A stretch of 50,466 nucleotides of DNA, filler included, from Catajapyx aquilonaris (GCA_000934665.2; 3 parts of 3 records of this genome joined end to end with filler, not necessarily neighbours in it), one strand, 5' to 3'; numbered from the whole stretch's first letter, positions 25,506 to 37,301 are shown. The notes: a model not told the origin generated them from the sequence alone. A program made the numbers and translations.

Positions 25506-25617
25506 GTCTTTTCTTGGTTCTTAATAATATTAAATATTATTAAGAACCAAGAAAAGACCTATATGGGTCACAACTCCTGTCATCAAATTTTGATGACAGG
25601 AGTTGTGACCCATATAG
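25506..25617. repeat. Two abutting perfect palindromes (26-bp and 29-bp arms, each with a 1-nt spacer)
   Basis: 25506-25558 and 25559-25617, checked base by base. Confidence 0.93.
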
Positions 25618-26082
25618 TCCTGGCAGATTTGGTCAAAAAATCAGTTCCGCTCATATTGCGTGTTAATTTTGATCTGTTTGTTGGAAGTTGTTAAGCATAA
25701 TGAGAAGTTTCAAAATCGACTTGTCGCCATTTCCCACCCGTCATATTACGGCCGCCATCTTGGAAAAATGGCGGAAAAACAGGGTTTTCTGTTTTATCTT
25801 TTTAACCGTTCATTTTCTGAAAAATAATTAGACATTAAACATGACGGTAATTATATATCGCATCGAAGAGTACTCTAGCAATATTATGATAACTGTAACC
25901 GTTCAGCCAGAATCGAGCGGACAATGTCCATTACTACCTTCGCCTGATGGATTAGCGCGGGAAGAATTGTTCAAAAATTCCGTGCCGCTGTAATTTTAAT
26001 GATAATTTTGATCTGTTTGTGGGAAATTGTTAAGGACAATAAGAAGTTGCAAAATCAACTTGTCGCCATGATTTTAGCTACC

Positions 26083-27609
26083 TATTACAACCGCCATCTT
26101 GGAAAAATGTCGGCGAAAAGAGCTATTTTTGCTTTATTTTTTGAACAGTTAATATTATGAAAAGACAACTAAAACAAAAGTTAAAGGGCATGAAATTTAC
26201 AGTAAATATGTACTTATCAATGTTTTGATAAGTGTAACTGTTCAGCTGAAATTCATTATTTAAGATTTTTCCTATCACAGGATTTCTAGTAGAGCATGAG
26301 AAACATATTTTAAAGGGTGTAATACATATTTCAAGTTATAAATTGCTTTCTGCTGACTATTAGGCAACTTATCAACGGAACAACTTGGTTGTTTGCTGGT
26401 CACACACTTTAATTTTTTTAAATGTCAATATACACTCGTAAATGGACCGGATATTTATTGCGCAGGGCAATGATTCTTGTGTTACAAAACTTTAACTTGT
26501 TCCTCAGACATCGATGTAAGTAATTCAGTTTCATTATAATCATTTTTGTTGATAATATCGTTTACAAGAAATCAGATACATAGACTACTGTACTGTATAC
26601 AGTAGGCTACACTAGCTATATCCTGTGTGCAGGAGTCGTCCTTGTCAATGTCTACACTGGGTTTCTCCTGAGAAAAACTGCAGCGAAGCTGTATCAAGAA
26701 CAACATCATTTTCACTGAACTTGCTGGTGTTCTGATCATTACTGTGTTAATCAGCAGAAACCCAATGCACAATGCAGATACGGACGATGAGGACTTCTGT
26801 ATATGCAGGATAGAACTACCTCATAGCCTACTATACAGTATGTATATTATCTATTATGAAGTGTATACACTGTTATGATTATAATAAAACTGACAATGAG
26901 TTTCTTACATCGATGCTTGAGGAAGAAACACTGGGAACACGCTAAAGTTTTGTAACACAAGAATTATTGCCTGGCGCAATAAATATCAGGTCCATTTACG
27001 AATGTATAGTGACATTTTATTATTATTAAAGTGTGTAACCAGCAAACAACCAAGTTGTTCTGTTAACTTTTGAGATCCATTTTCATACGTTGCCTAATAG
27101 TCAGCAGAAAGCAATTCATAACTTGGAATATGTATTACACCATTTTAAAATATATGTTTCTTAGGCTCTACAGTGGTTCCCAACCGGGGGGCGTGAGGCC
27201 ATGAGAAATAAGTAAAATAATGTAACATGGCACTTCTGTCGTTTCCTATCGACATGTTCGCATTCCTCAGTTATAAAAATATACTGAAACTGTTGCTGGA
27301 ATTTATTGGGGCCGGGGGTGGGGGGAGGGGGGGGGGCGCGAGTGTTTGCCGGTGGAAACGAAAAGGGGGGCTTCCTGACGAAAAGGTTGGGAACCACTGC
27401 TCTACTACAAATCCTGTGATAGGAAAAATCTTAATCATGAATTTCAGCTGAACAGTTACACTTATCAAAACATTGATAAGTACATATTTACTGTAAATCT
27501 CATGCTCTTTAACTTTTGTTTTAGTTGTCTTTTCATAATATTAACTGTTCAAAAAATAAAGGTAAATAGCTGTTTTTGCCGACATTTTTCCAAGATGGCG
27601 GTTGTAATA
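26083..27609. mobile_element. About 1.5-kb fold-back (long-TIR) element
   Basis: Arms tattacaaccgccatcttggaaaaatgtcggc... / ...gccgacatttttccaagatggcggttgtaata pair inward to a centre near 26710; a related direct repeat lies at about 25665-25800. Confidence 0.8.
27171..27399. mobile_element. hAT/Charlie-like MITE inserted in the right arm of the fold-back
   Basis: TIRs cagtggttcccaacc; the opposite arm shows the empty site ctctacta, present in full on the right flank and as ctcta on the left. Confidence 0.85.
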
Positions 27610-28919
27610 TGTTGAAAATTTTGTCTCAATTTGAAAATTATGATAATTTGTTTGATTAACCTACCAATTTAAATATTCGAATTTTAAATATGTTACACCT
27701 CAGACCTTTTCCTTGACATGGAAAAAATATTCGGGAGGCATCTGAAGGAACTCCTGCGCACCGCGGGCGTATGCAATGCACCCAAATTGGCGCGGTCCCT
27801 GCAGGCTTCATGAACGGTGTTCTCCAAATAGACAGTGTGTCATGGGACGACTCTTGAGAGTTTCTAAGGGGAAATACATCACGATATTTACTTATAGGTA
27901 TTCGTGGTAAATATATTCTCCTTTTACCATTTTGGCAAAATTGCAAAGCATGTCAAGTTGCCACTTAAATATGAGGTCGGTTCAATACTTTATCTACCCG
28001 AGTATGAAAGAGTAGAGGTGCAAGTCCGAACTTGCACAGACAGCTATGTACATGTCTTGGGCTGAATCACACCAAATTGTAGCACAGTAGGTTGTTGAAC
28101 CTCAGAGTGACCGGATGTCAAGTGATAGTGCCTGCCTCTCTGCGAAGAAAGTTGTAGATTTGGAGCATAGGTCGGTGATTAGTTCCTCACAAAAGAGCAG
28201 GAAACACCAATGAAGATCCATGAAAGGATGGGAACAGTGTTTGGTGATTGTGCACCATCGGCTTACAAGGTCGAGTTCTGGAGTAAGCTGTTCAAATGGG
28301 GCGGGAGTCAATATTGAAGATGACCCCCACCCAGGGCGGCCGGTGAGTGCATCTTCAGAGGAAATGTGCGAAAGAAGGTATTCATTATGATGGACCGTCG
28401 AGTCAAGGTTGCGGAAATCGTGCAAGAATTGGACATTTCAGCAGGAGCAGTTTGGAAAATTATCAGTGAAAATTTGGGGATGTCTAAGGTCAGTTCCAGG
28501 TGGGTGCCCACTGCCCAGAATGCTCACGCCAATCCAAAAAGCCTGCCGCAGCGAGTACAGTCAGGAGAATTTGGAGCTCCTTGGAGATTATCCCGATGGA
28601 TTTTTCCCTCGAGTGGTGACAGGTGACGAAACATGGGTCCATCACTGGGACCCTGAATCCAAACAAGAATCAATGCAGTGGAAGCACCCCGAAGAAGTTC
28701 CGTGCGTGCAGCGCTGCGCAGGGAAGATCGTGGCCACTGTTTTCTGGGACGAAGACGGCCTACTGCTCCTGGAATTCATGTCTCACAAGAAGACCATCCC
28801 TGGGGAGTCCTATGCTGCAACTGTGAGAGCTCTGAGACAGGCGATTAAGGACAAACGTCGTGGGAAACTTGCATCAGGCATTCTTCTTCTCCACGACAAC
28901 GCAGCTGTGCACATGTCGC

Positions 28920-29263
28920 CAGAGTTGGGTAGTAACTGAGTAGAAATAACGCGTTACAAGTAACTTGTTACTTTTTGAGTACTTTTCCCGGTAACGTCGT
29001 TACTTTTGGGCACAAGTAACTTGTACTTGTAACTAGTTTTGGATTTTGGTTTTGAAAAGCACCTATTTTAACACGCGGATGATTCATTTATTTGGCGACA
29101 GTGGGACGGTTCCCTCCGCGCCGATGGCTACTCCGGATTATGTCTGACTCAGGTCGGGTGATTTAAGACGGGGATGTAGAAAATCCGGACTTCTTCGAGT
29201 TCCAACTCTGGCCGAAAGAGGAGACACTCTATCCCACCCTCCCTACACAAAAGAAGGGTCGCG

Positions 29264-29317
<54 letters not shown>

Positions 29318-30358
29318 TAATAATAATAATAATAATTGATACCCCATTATCAGCCCTTTAGGATTTATTAGGGGGGGGGGGATTTCTCATTTTTTTTGTC
29401 TGGAACTCTTTCCATTTTTACTATACTTTTTCATCGGAATTGAGGCAAGGATAGGTAAGGAAGGAAGCGGCTGTGGCCTATAATTACGGTAACGACCCCG
29501 GAATTATCCTGCGATGACCATGGGAAACCACAGAAAACCATGATCAGGGTCGCCGGCCTCCGGGATTCGAACCCAGGGCCTCCCGATTAGCAGTCGGACA
29601 CCATACCACTACCTACTGCTTCGGTGTTATAGCTAAATATAAAAATCGGCTTCACGAATCCGGAGCACCTCATTTTTCCGCATTTTTGGGTGCTTGTTAC
29701 AACACGACTTAAAATTTTACGACGGCGTAAATTACTCCTGGATGCAAATGACTTTTTAAAATACTAAATTAAGAATATGGGAAAAGTACAGCACACATGT
29801 GTAAGAGAGAGGTCAGTTACACTTACACAAAAAAAATTGGTTCTGCTGTTGTTAGTTAGCGAGAACTTTACTCCCAAATTATCTTTATCCCCCTCTTTAA
29901 AAATGTTCATCCAATACAACACTGCACTGCCCTCCAGTGCCTCAGTGAAGAGACTTTCCAGTGTATGTGTGTGTGTGGGGGGGNGTGTGGGGGGGCAAGT
30001 TTTTACACCGAGAAGGGGAAAGCTTACTGATGCAAACTTTGAAAAGCAGCTATTATTAAAAGTAAATCGAGATTGATCATTATTTTGACCACGGTGATAT
30101 TCTGTACTCGTATTACAGGGAGCAATGGGGAATCCCCCATCCATCTACAGCAGCGGTGACAGACCACGGAAAAGTAACTTCATGAGTAACTGTAACTGTA
30201 ACTAGTTACTTTTTGGTCAAAGGAACTTGTAACTGTAACTGTAACTAGTTACTTTTTGGTCAAAGGAACTTGTAACTGTATAACTAATTACTTTTTTGGA
30301 CTGAATAACTGTAACTGTAACCAGTTACATTTCAAAAGTAACTTATTACCCAACTCTG
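28920..30358. mobile_element. Non-autonomous hAT element inserted in the mariner transposase
   Basis: TIRs cagagttgggta(g/a)taa; perfect 8-bp TSD catgtcgc at 28912-28919 and 30359-30366; gtaac-rich subterminal repeats. Confidence 0.92.
29265..29624 (-). mobile_element. tRNA-derived SINE (family B, copy 2) with (TAA)n tract, inside the hAT element
   Basis: B box gggttcgaatccc on the minus strand; colinear with 23412-23691. Confidence 0.85.
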
Positions 30359-31233
30359 CATGTCGCACAAATCACAGGCCGCCATTGCTGAATGCGGCTT
30401 CCAAAGACTGAACCATCCGCCATACAGCCCAGACCTGGCCCCAAGCGACTATTTCCTGTTCCGAAACTTGAAGAAATTCCTGCGTGGCCAGCGTTTCTCC
30501 AGCGATGAAGAACTCCAGGCAGTAGTGACAGGGTGGTTTGCAGAACAACAGGAAACTTTTTTTTTTGACGGCCTAAGGTCACTTGAGACAAAGTGGAAGA
30601 AGTGTGTAGAGCTCAGGGGGACTACACTGAAAAATGATTAGGAGGATTTCAATAAAGGTATTCATTTTGATACTCAGGTAGATAAATATATTATATTATT
30701 GAACGCCCTCGTATAAAACAAAAGGTTCAGGTTGATCGCACACCACAGCTTAAAAAGTTGTTTATATGAAACATAAAGAGAGGACAATTAGCCCCCCCAC
30801 ACACGCAAACACAAAAAAAAAAAAATGTCCTCCCCCCCCTTTCTCTCTCGGGCATCTACTTTTGGTCTCTCCCCCATCACCACAGAAGGACTGAACCTTC
30901 TGGTTTATATTTAAGTGGCAACTTGACATGCTTTATAATTTTGCCAAAATGGTACAAGTAAAAGAAGAATGTTTTTAACATGAATACCTATAAGTAAATA
31001 TCGTGATGTATTTCCCCTTAGGAACTCTCAGAGTCGTCCCATGACACACTGTCTATTTGGTGAACACCATTCATGGAACCTGCAGGAACCGATTCGCGCC
31101 AATTTGGGTGCATTGCATACGCCCGCGCTGCGCAGGGGTTCCCTCAGATGCATTTTTCTTCCTTATATTGAAAATTGCCTCCTGAATATTTTTTCCATGT
31201 CAAGGAAACTGTCTGAGGTGTAACATTTAACCA

Positions 31234-32003
31234 TCTATAATATTAAAATGCTCGCAGACTTTAGCCGAGCCCTCTGATTGGTCCGCCGCAGCGTATTGTT
31301 GCCGCCACCTCCCCATTGGTCCCCGTTCATTATTACATAAACCCATTGTTACCATGACGCCTCCAATTGCCCCCTTCCGAGCATGCGCAATGGGTGGAAG
31401 AACGCCACAGTCGCTTGCTGGACGTCAACGAGGACACATCTCCTCTCCCGCGAAGACCCCTCCAACCTTCCACCTTCCTCCACCACGTCTTCACGGTGAC
31501 CTCACAACAGGGGAGGGGGAGAGGAGGGGGGAATGGAACGTGCCGTAAACAAACCGAATCGAATATCGGCCAAGGTCGGGATGTTGTTTATCAGTGGTGC
31601 CAATATTTAACTCCAAGGACGCTTATGAACAAAGTAAAATAATTTCGTTTTTTAAAAACGAGGTCCTTAGTGCTGCCGTCAGATATGAGAAGACCGTAAC
31701 TCAATGTCCACTTCCCCTTGCGGCGAGTAAAAAAGCAGTGTTACCGAAAGCACCCAACAGGTGGAGTTGGGATGCCGTTCCTTTTTCCCCCTTCCCCCAA
31801 CGCCAACTCTTGGATGCTTTCGGTAACACTTGCTGTCTTTTCTCGCCGCAAGGGAAGTGGATAATGAGTTACGGTCCTCTCACATCTGACGGCAGTACTG
31901 GCATCCCCACAGTGGGAAGAGTTGGTAAGCAGGATTAGCCGCGATATTCAACACTGAACCCGGGGATAGGCCGAGAACGTCTAAAGAAAGCGGCGGGAAG
32001 AAT
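31234..32003 (+). mobile_element. Helitron-like repeat, copy 1 (3' end not seen)
   Basis: A|TCTATAATATTAAAATG 5' terminus; shares 5' (~430 bp) and distal blocks with 45650-46821 in the opposite orientation. Confidence 0.55.
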
Positions 32004-33632
32004 GAAACCAGTTTTTGATAATCTAATATTATTTTTAAAATTGTAATTATTTTTTAATTTATTAAAATAATCGCGGCCACCCTCGACCCCCACGGAGAAG
32101 GCTTCGCGACCCCCAGGTTGGGAACCACTGATCTAATACAGACACTGCCAAGTTCCATTGGCTGTTTATAAGAAAGGGAAGTTATGAGCAGTTAGAAAAA
32201 CGTGGTCCGAAAGGGTGCATATAATAATTATTTAGATACATGTGTGCGAGTGCATGCGAGTAGAGGCGGTAGAGGTTGTGAATTTCTGTTCATACAATAA
32301 TAAACTGTTTTTTTTTTTAAATTGCCAAGATATGGGTATGTTGAGGTGGGCAAATGCATATTTCCCAGCCAATGCAAAGGTTGGATTGCAGATTGGTCGC
32401 AGGGTATAGGGAATCACAGATATGTGAATGCACTAAGGAACGGGTGAGGTGGGGGGTTTGAATATGATTGGCATCATCACTGGCAATAAGTCCGAAGCGA
32501 TTGAAAATATGGTGGGCACTGTAGGCCGCAGGCCTAGAAAAGAGCGAGCGAAGCGAGTGGTTTTCTAGGCCAGCGTCCTAGGAAAATGCGAGCGTAGCGA
32601 GGGTTTTCCTAGTCGGATTTTAAATTGGTAGGTAAATTTTCAAAAAAAATATCATATTTTTCAAATTGAGACAAAATTTTCAAAAAAAAGTCAAATTCCG
32701 TGTCTTTACGGTTCAGGTATATTGGGCTGTCGAATCCCTTCAAAAAGAGTGGTCTAAGACGTCTGTAGATCAATTGGTTCACGAGATATATCCCATTTCT
32801 GAGAACCCTATTTTCCGAAAAGGCCGGAAAATGCGATTTTTCTATTCTTCCTCCATGCCGTTTGCCCCGCGAGGCGGGGCAAACGGCATCGCCCTGCTTG
32901 CAGGGCCCGCCAACTCCACCTGCCGGTTGCGCCGCGAAGCGGGGCAACCCCGCTTAAAATGAATAGTGTGTAATCGCTACGATCCCAATGCTATTTTCCC
33001 GACTTCATAACTCGCGATCGGGTTAATCGATTTCAAATCGGAAACAAGATTTACACTCCGCTCCCTCCAGTTTCAAACTTTAGCTGGATAAACAACAACT
33101 AGGGCCATTACCGGGGTCATTAACCGGGGTCAAAGTTCAAAAAAGTGTCGTTACTTAGACCAGGGTACAGCCTAAACGGTGCGTCGTAGAGGGTCATACA
33201 ATCTGTTATTCGAACCGCAATGTTCCCAGGGGGTGCCCTCCTGCCTACCTTTTTTTGAGAAAAACCTTTACTTTTTGAGTTACCTGGCGATCTCGATAGT
33301 GTCAGTTTTGTGACTCTCGCTCTCTTTCTGCACCACAGAAAAACCCACCATGACCCATGTACTCGTCTGAGAGTCGATGCGGAGAGGCTCTTAGTAATAA
33401 TTAAAATACCTAAAATATCTTTACATTACTTTATTCTGATGATGAAAAGAATTAAATAAAAATAGGCAGTAAAACTGCCGAAAACTATTCTTCCTCTGGG
33501 TGAGATTAAAAGTAAGAAACAAGTCCATAGGTGGGGGTTGGTTCGTGTCATAGGGATGTGTGATAATCAAATTTAATTCAAAACATTCGTGCTTTGGGGC
33601 TGGGAAGAATCAGGCAGAGTATGAGAGTCGGA

Positions 33633-33732
33633 NNNNNNNNNNNNNNNNNNNNNNNNNNNNNNNNNNNNNNNNNNNNTTAATTAATTAANNNNNNNNNNNN
33701 NNNNNNNNNNNNNNNNNNNNNNNNNNNNNNNN
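33633..33732. other. Assembly gap spacer (44 N + TTAATTAATTAA + 44 N)
   Basis: Direct reading. Confidence 0.97.
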
Positions 33733-34083
33733 TGGCTTTGGGGTGACCGCAACAATACTGTCCGTCTTGTGGCCCTGCCAGGCACGGTACGTCGCCCGTG
33801 CGTGATATTTTTAGTTAATGCGGAGCGATAGCGGAGCTGGGCGCTTATTGTGGGTTTCTGTATCCGCAACATTTACTGTCCGTCTTGTGGCGCCGCAGGC
33901 CAACTAACGTTATTGTGGCGCCGCAGGCCAACGTACACTATTGTGGCTTTGCCAACCTTCAGATTGATTAACGAAAAAGACTGTTCCCGTTGTGTCGGTG
34001 TCATCTGTATGGCTTTGGGGTGACCGCAACAATACTGTCCGTCTTGTGGCCCTGCCAGACACGGTACGTCGCCCGTGCGTGAC
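33733..34083. repeat. Direct repeats (~72 bp twice, plus ttgtggc-core subrepeats)
   Basis: tggctttggggtgaccgcaacaatactgtccgtcttgtggccctgcca...gcccgtgcgtga at 33733 and 34010. Confidence 0.8.
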
Positions 34084-34139
34084 ACGACAGCCAGTAGACC
34101 AACAGCCAAAAGTCGTAGATTCGTAGGAAATTGAAGGGC

Positions 34140-34955
34140 CTACCTAGGAACTTTTGAGCGAACCTCCCTCCACGTTCTTTCGATGTTTTGTGTGTGGGCT
34201 CCAGTGTGTGGATCCACGAAATTTACCGAATGGTTCACTGTTAGGTGCTCATATCCTTCCCTCTCCAGACAATCGTAAGCCCTCCAACAGTCGCTCATAA
34301 TAGTAGTGCCGTCATATATCTTGTCCTGAATGACTGATAATAGAGCTTCACTAGTTCGCCTGTCTACCATTACCATGAACTCCTTCTTCGGGTTACTTCG
34401 CAGTATGCCTCCAAACACCCACTGGCCATCTATTACTCTCCCACGATTGTATTTCCTCTTTCCAAATTTAGCCTCATCAACTTCTACCACTTCTCCTTCC
34501 CCACCAATCTTCTCCGTGTGCCCAACTGCCCAGTTAATCAACACCTCACGACAAAATGAAGACCAGTCTATGACGGTCTTGTGATCAATTCCCATATCTC
34601 TCTCAAGGAATTGCTGCCGAGGAGGATCTCTCGTCAGCCATTGAAACACTATGCCACAGATCGTCTGAATGGGAAGGTGAGAGCGCTCAAAAAATGTACC
34701 AGTGAAAATGGAACGGGTATACTTGTGGCGCCTCCTTTTTTTCTTTGGGAGCGCGACAGTCCTCTCACAAGTGAAGGTGTTCTTCTCCCAATGCACTTGG
34801 CATCCACTCCCACAAAGTCCACAAATATGCTTGTCACTTATGAGTCCATGGTTTAACAGAAACTTGAGTAGATCCTCGCGCACAGTGGCCATCGGGGAGA
34901 ATAAGAAACTTGTCAGGAGACATCCTTCGCACTTTCGAACTTGAAAGCCCTCCAT
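34140..34955 (-). CDS. Merlin (IS1595/ISXO2-like) DDE transposase, C-terminally truncated
   Basis: Zn-ribbon-like CGLC...C; VEVDEAKFGKRKYNRGR, WVFGGI, IMSDCWRAY, HLTVNHS, HTQNIERTW; uninterrupted 271 aa from MEGFQ. Confidence 0.9.
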   Translation of the reverse strand: MEGFQVRKCEGCLLTSFLFSPMATVREDLLKFLLNHGLISDKHICGLCGSGCQVHWEKNTFTCERTVALPKKKRRRHKYTRSIFTGTFFERSHLPIQTICGIVFQWLTRDPPRQQFLERDMGIDHKTVIDWSSFCREVLINWAVGHTEKIGGEGEVVEVDEAKFGKRKYNRGRVIDGQWVFGGILRSNPKKEFMVMVDRRTSEALLSVIQDKIYDGTTIMSDCWRAYDCLEREGYEHLTVNHSVNFVDPHTGAHTQNIERTWREVRSKVPR

Positions 34956-35245
34956 TTTCGAATGGCATCGAGTATCGATCAGTGTGACTATTGGTATCGC
35001 TGTAAGTAAACAAACTTGACCGCCGCCAGGCGAAATCGGAACATGTAATGTAAGTACAACACGTAATGTTATTATTCCTGTAACTTCTGTTCTAAGCGGT
35101 TTTTTGCGCTGAAATTGCAATTGCCGCACTCCTCAGCGTCAGTACTAGGTCCCTGCACACTCGTTTTTCAATAAAGTATCACAACAGAGCTGTATTTCGC
35201 GCCGACCTAAACTCCCCAATTACCTAATCTTATTATATATAATAT

Positions 35246-35404
35246 TGTAGTGGACCCCTTGCCACCAGCAGGGACCATGGCCAGACGAGGCAGTGCCCGA
35301 GTTCCAGAACACGTCTGTTCTCTCTAACCTTTTATTCTAGACTGAACACTATTCTTGTTGCTACGCAACAATAATAACACAATGTGGCCAACAGGGCCAC
35401 TACA
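35246..35404. mobile_element. 159-bp solo LTR
   Basis: TGTAGTGG...CCACTACA ends, 4-bp TSD atat, AATAAA on the minus strand. Confidence 0.75.
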
Positions 35405-35684
35405 ATATATAATTGGCTCGGTGGGACTTTGTCCATTGTGACTCATCATCTACGTCACAGTATTATAATACACAGGTGTGGATCGTATACTAAATCCAAG
35501 CGGGCCGGGCAGTGTTGCCAAGTTTTGGTTCAACTGTTTCGACTGTTCAATCCTTGTGTTTCAGTTACTCGTCGCACCCCGTTGTTATCGCTGTTGTCTG
35601 CAAGTACTGTAAGGATCATGCACCTGGTGTGGGACAAATGCAAGGAGGTTTACACTGGCTTGATGGAAGTGGAAGACAGGTAGG

Positions 35685-35870
35685 GTTCGTCGGCAAGCGT
35701 ATGCCGACGACCTGATGATCCTCCTGGTTGGCCCCCCTACCGAGAGGATTGCGAGGAGGAGGAGGAGGTATCGGCGGCGCCGTCGTGTGCTTCTACTCTG
35801 ACGGGACGGAGCGTTACAAGGAGGGCATCTCCTTTTCGGATAATACGTCGATCTTTCAGGCGGAGCTGGG
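35685..35870 (+). pseudogene. Internally deleted non-LTR ORF2 fragment (RT YADD joined to RNase H)
   Basis: QAYADDLMILLVG followed within ~40 nt by GIGGAVVCF...SDNTSIFQAEL (RNase H of R1/LOA-type elements). Confidence 0.7.
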
Positions 35871-36072
35871 GGTCGATCGTGAGGGGCCAGGAGTGGCTGG
35901 AGGAATCGGGCGGATGGACCACGGCCCGCTTTGGGCTCTTGCGAGNGCACCTCCTTTTCGATTGCTATTTGGAGCATTGGAGGAGGTGAGACGGGGCACG
36001 GAGTCCCCTCTTTTTGGCGACCATTGGAGCTGGCGGGGGCTGGCCTCCCCGCCTTGGCGTCTTGGTACGGGA

Positions 36073-37076
36073 CAGGGTTGGGAACCGAGCCGAACCCTTG
36101 CTCCGTGAACCCGATAACATAGAACCCGCTCCGGAGCAGTAGAGTCGGAGTCCGGAGCGAGCGTCGGAACGGGGTACGGGTTCAAGCCGGTTCAGGGGAA
36201 GATTGAAGCGAAGGTCGGAGCGGGTTCGGAGCGAACGGCTACGGAGTTTCACCCGGTTCAGGAGCGTGTTCCGGAGCGGGTTCGGAGCGGTTCAAAGCTT
36301 GGTTAGGTATTACAACATACCAACCCAACAGGGGGAAAGGCAGTAAAACCGATGGATTTACTCAGAGTATGCATCATGTTTTCATGGTGGGAGAATGACA
36401 TTTCCAAGCACCCGCGATACATGGTGTACCGCAAATGTCACATTCTCATGTCATACGCATTTTTTAATGCCACAATATCTCATACCAATTTTTTGGATAT
36501 CACGTTTTCATGTCATACGCATTTTTTGTATGTTACAATATCATATTATTGTAACATACATAAAATGCATGTGACATGAGAATGTGACATTCAATAAATG
36601 GGTATGAGATATTGTAGCATACAAAAATGCGTATGACATATTGGAACGTACAAAAATGCGCATGACATATTGTAGCATACCAAAATGCGTGTGACATGAG
36701 AATGTGACATTTGCGGTACACCCTGGATCGCGGGTGCTTGGAAATGTCATTCTCCCACCATGAAAACATGACGCATACTCTGGAGTAAATCCATCTGTTC
36801 CCCCTGTTGGGTTGCTATGTTGTAGGCTACCTAACCAAGCTTTGAACCGCTTTGCACCCGCTCCTGAACCCGCTCCTGAACCCGCTCCTGAACCGGGTTC
36901 AACTCCGGAGCCGTTCGCTCCGGACACGCTCCGACCTTGGCTCCACTCTCCCCCGGAACTGGCTTGAACCCGTACCCCGTTCCGACGCTCGCTCCGGACT
37001 CCGACTCTACTGCTCCGGAGAGGGTTCGATGTTATCGGGTTCACGGAGCAAGGCTTCGGTTCGGTTCACAACCCTG
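36073..37076. mobile_element. About 1-kb fold-back element with CAGGGTTG termini (hAT-like ends, no TSD visible)
   Basis: Arms pair from the termini to a centre near 36550; GC-rich gaacc/ggagc repeats outside, AT-rich tgtcac/catacg repeats inside. Confidence 0.82.
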
Positions 37077-37301
37077 ATTCGAGCTATCCCCGTGTCTATC
37101 GTTCCGCCCGGTTCAGCCCCCATCTGGTGGCGTCGCCATCTGCGCCGAGCGCGGTTTTCGAACGACACACTTCCAGCCTGCGCTCTGGCCTTACCGTTTG
37201 TCTCTCAGAAAAACTGCTTATACCCTCGGAATCCGGATTTTGTGCCAGATTTTTAGAGCCCAACTTGTATTTTGAGTGGAGTGTCCCTTTAACGTCCAGA
37301 C

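Larger units (their letters stand above)
28115..30641 (+). pseudogene. Mariner DD34D transposase pseudogene (frameshifts plus insertion at 28920-30358)
   Basis: Motifs SRWVP, VTGDETWVHHWDPESKQESMQW, LLLHDNA, then after the insertion HPPYSPDLAPSDYFLF and KWKKCVELRG. Confidence 0.93.
27972..30711 (+). mobile_element. Mariner DNA transposon (irritans/Hsmar2-like TIR), interrupted
   Basis: TA-flanked TIRs tgaggtcggttcaata...tatctacccgagta / tactcaggtagata...tattgaacgccctcg; internal transposase. Confidence 0.9.
27690..31226. mobile_element. Long-TIR (~280 bp) non-autonomous element hosting the mariner
   Basis: 27690-27971 is the reverse complement of ~30908-31226 (atgttacacctcagac...agcatgtcaagttgccacttaaata). 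Confidence 0.82.

Noticed and set aside
33733..34083. CRISPR-like repeat array
   Set aside because: Irregular repeats without unique equal-length spacers; eukaryotic context and no cas genes.
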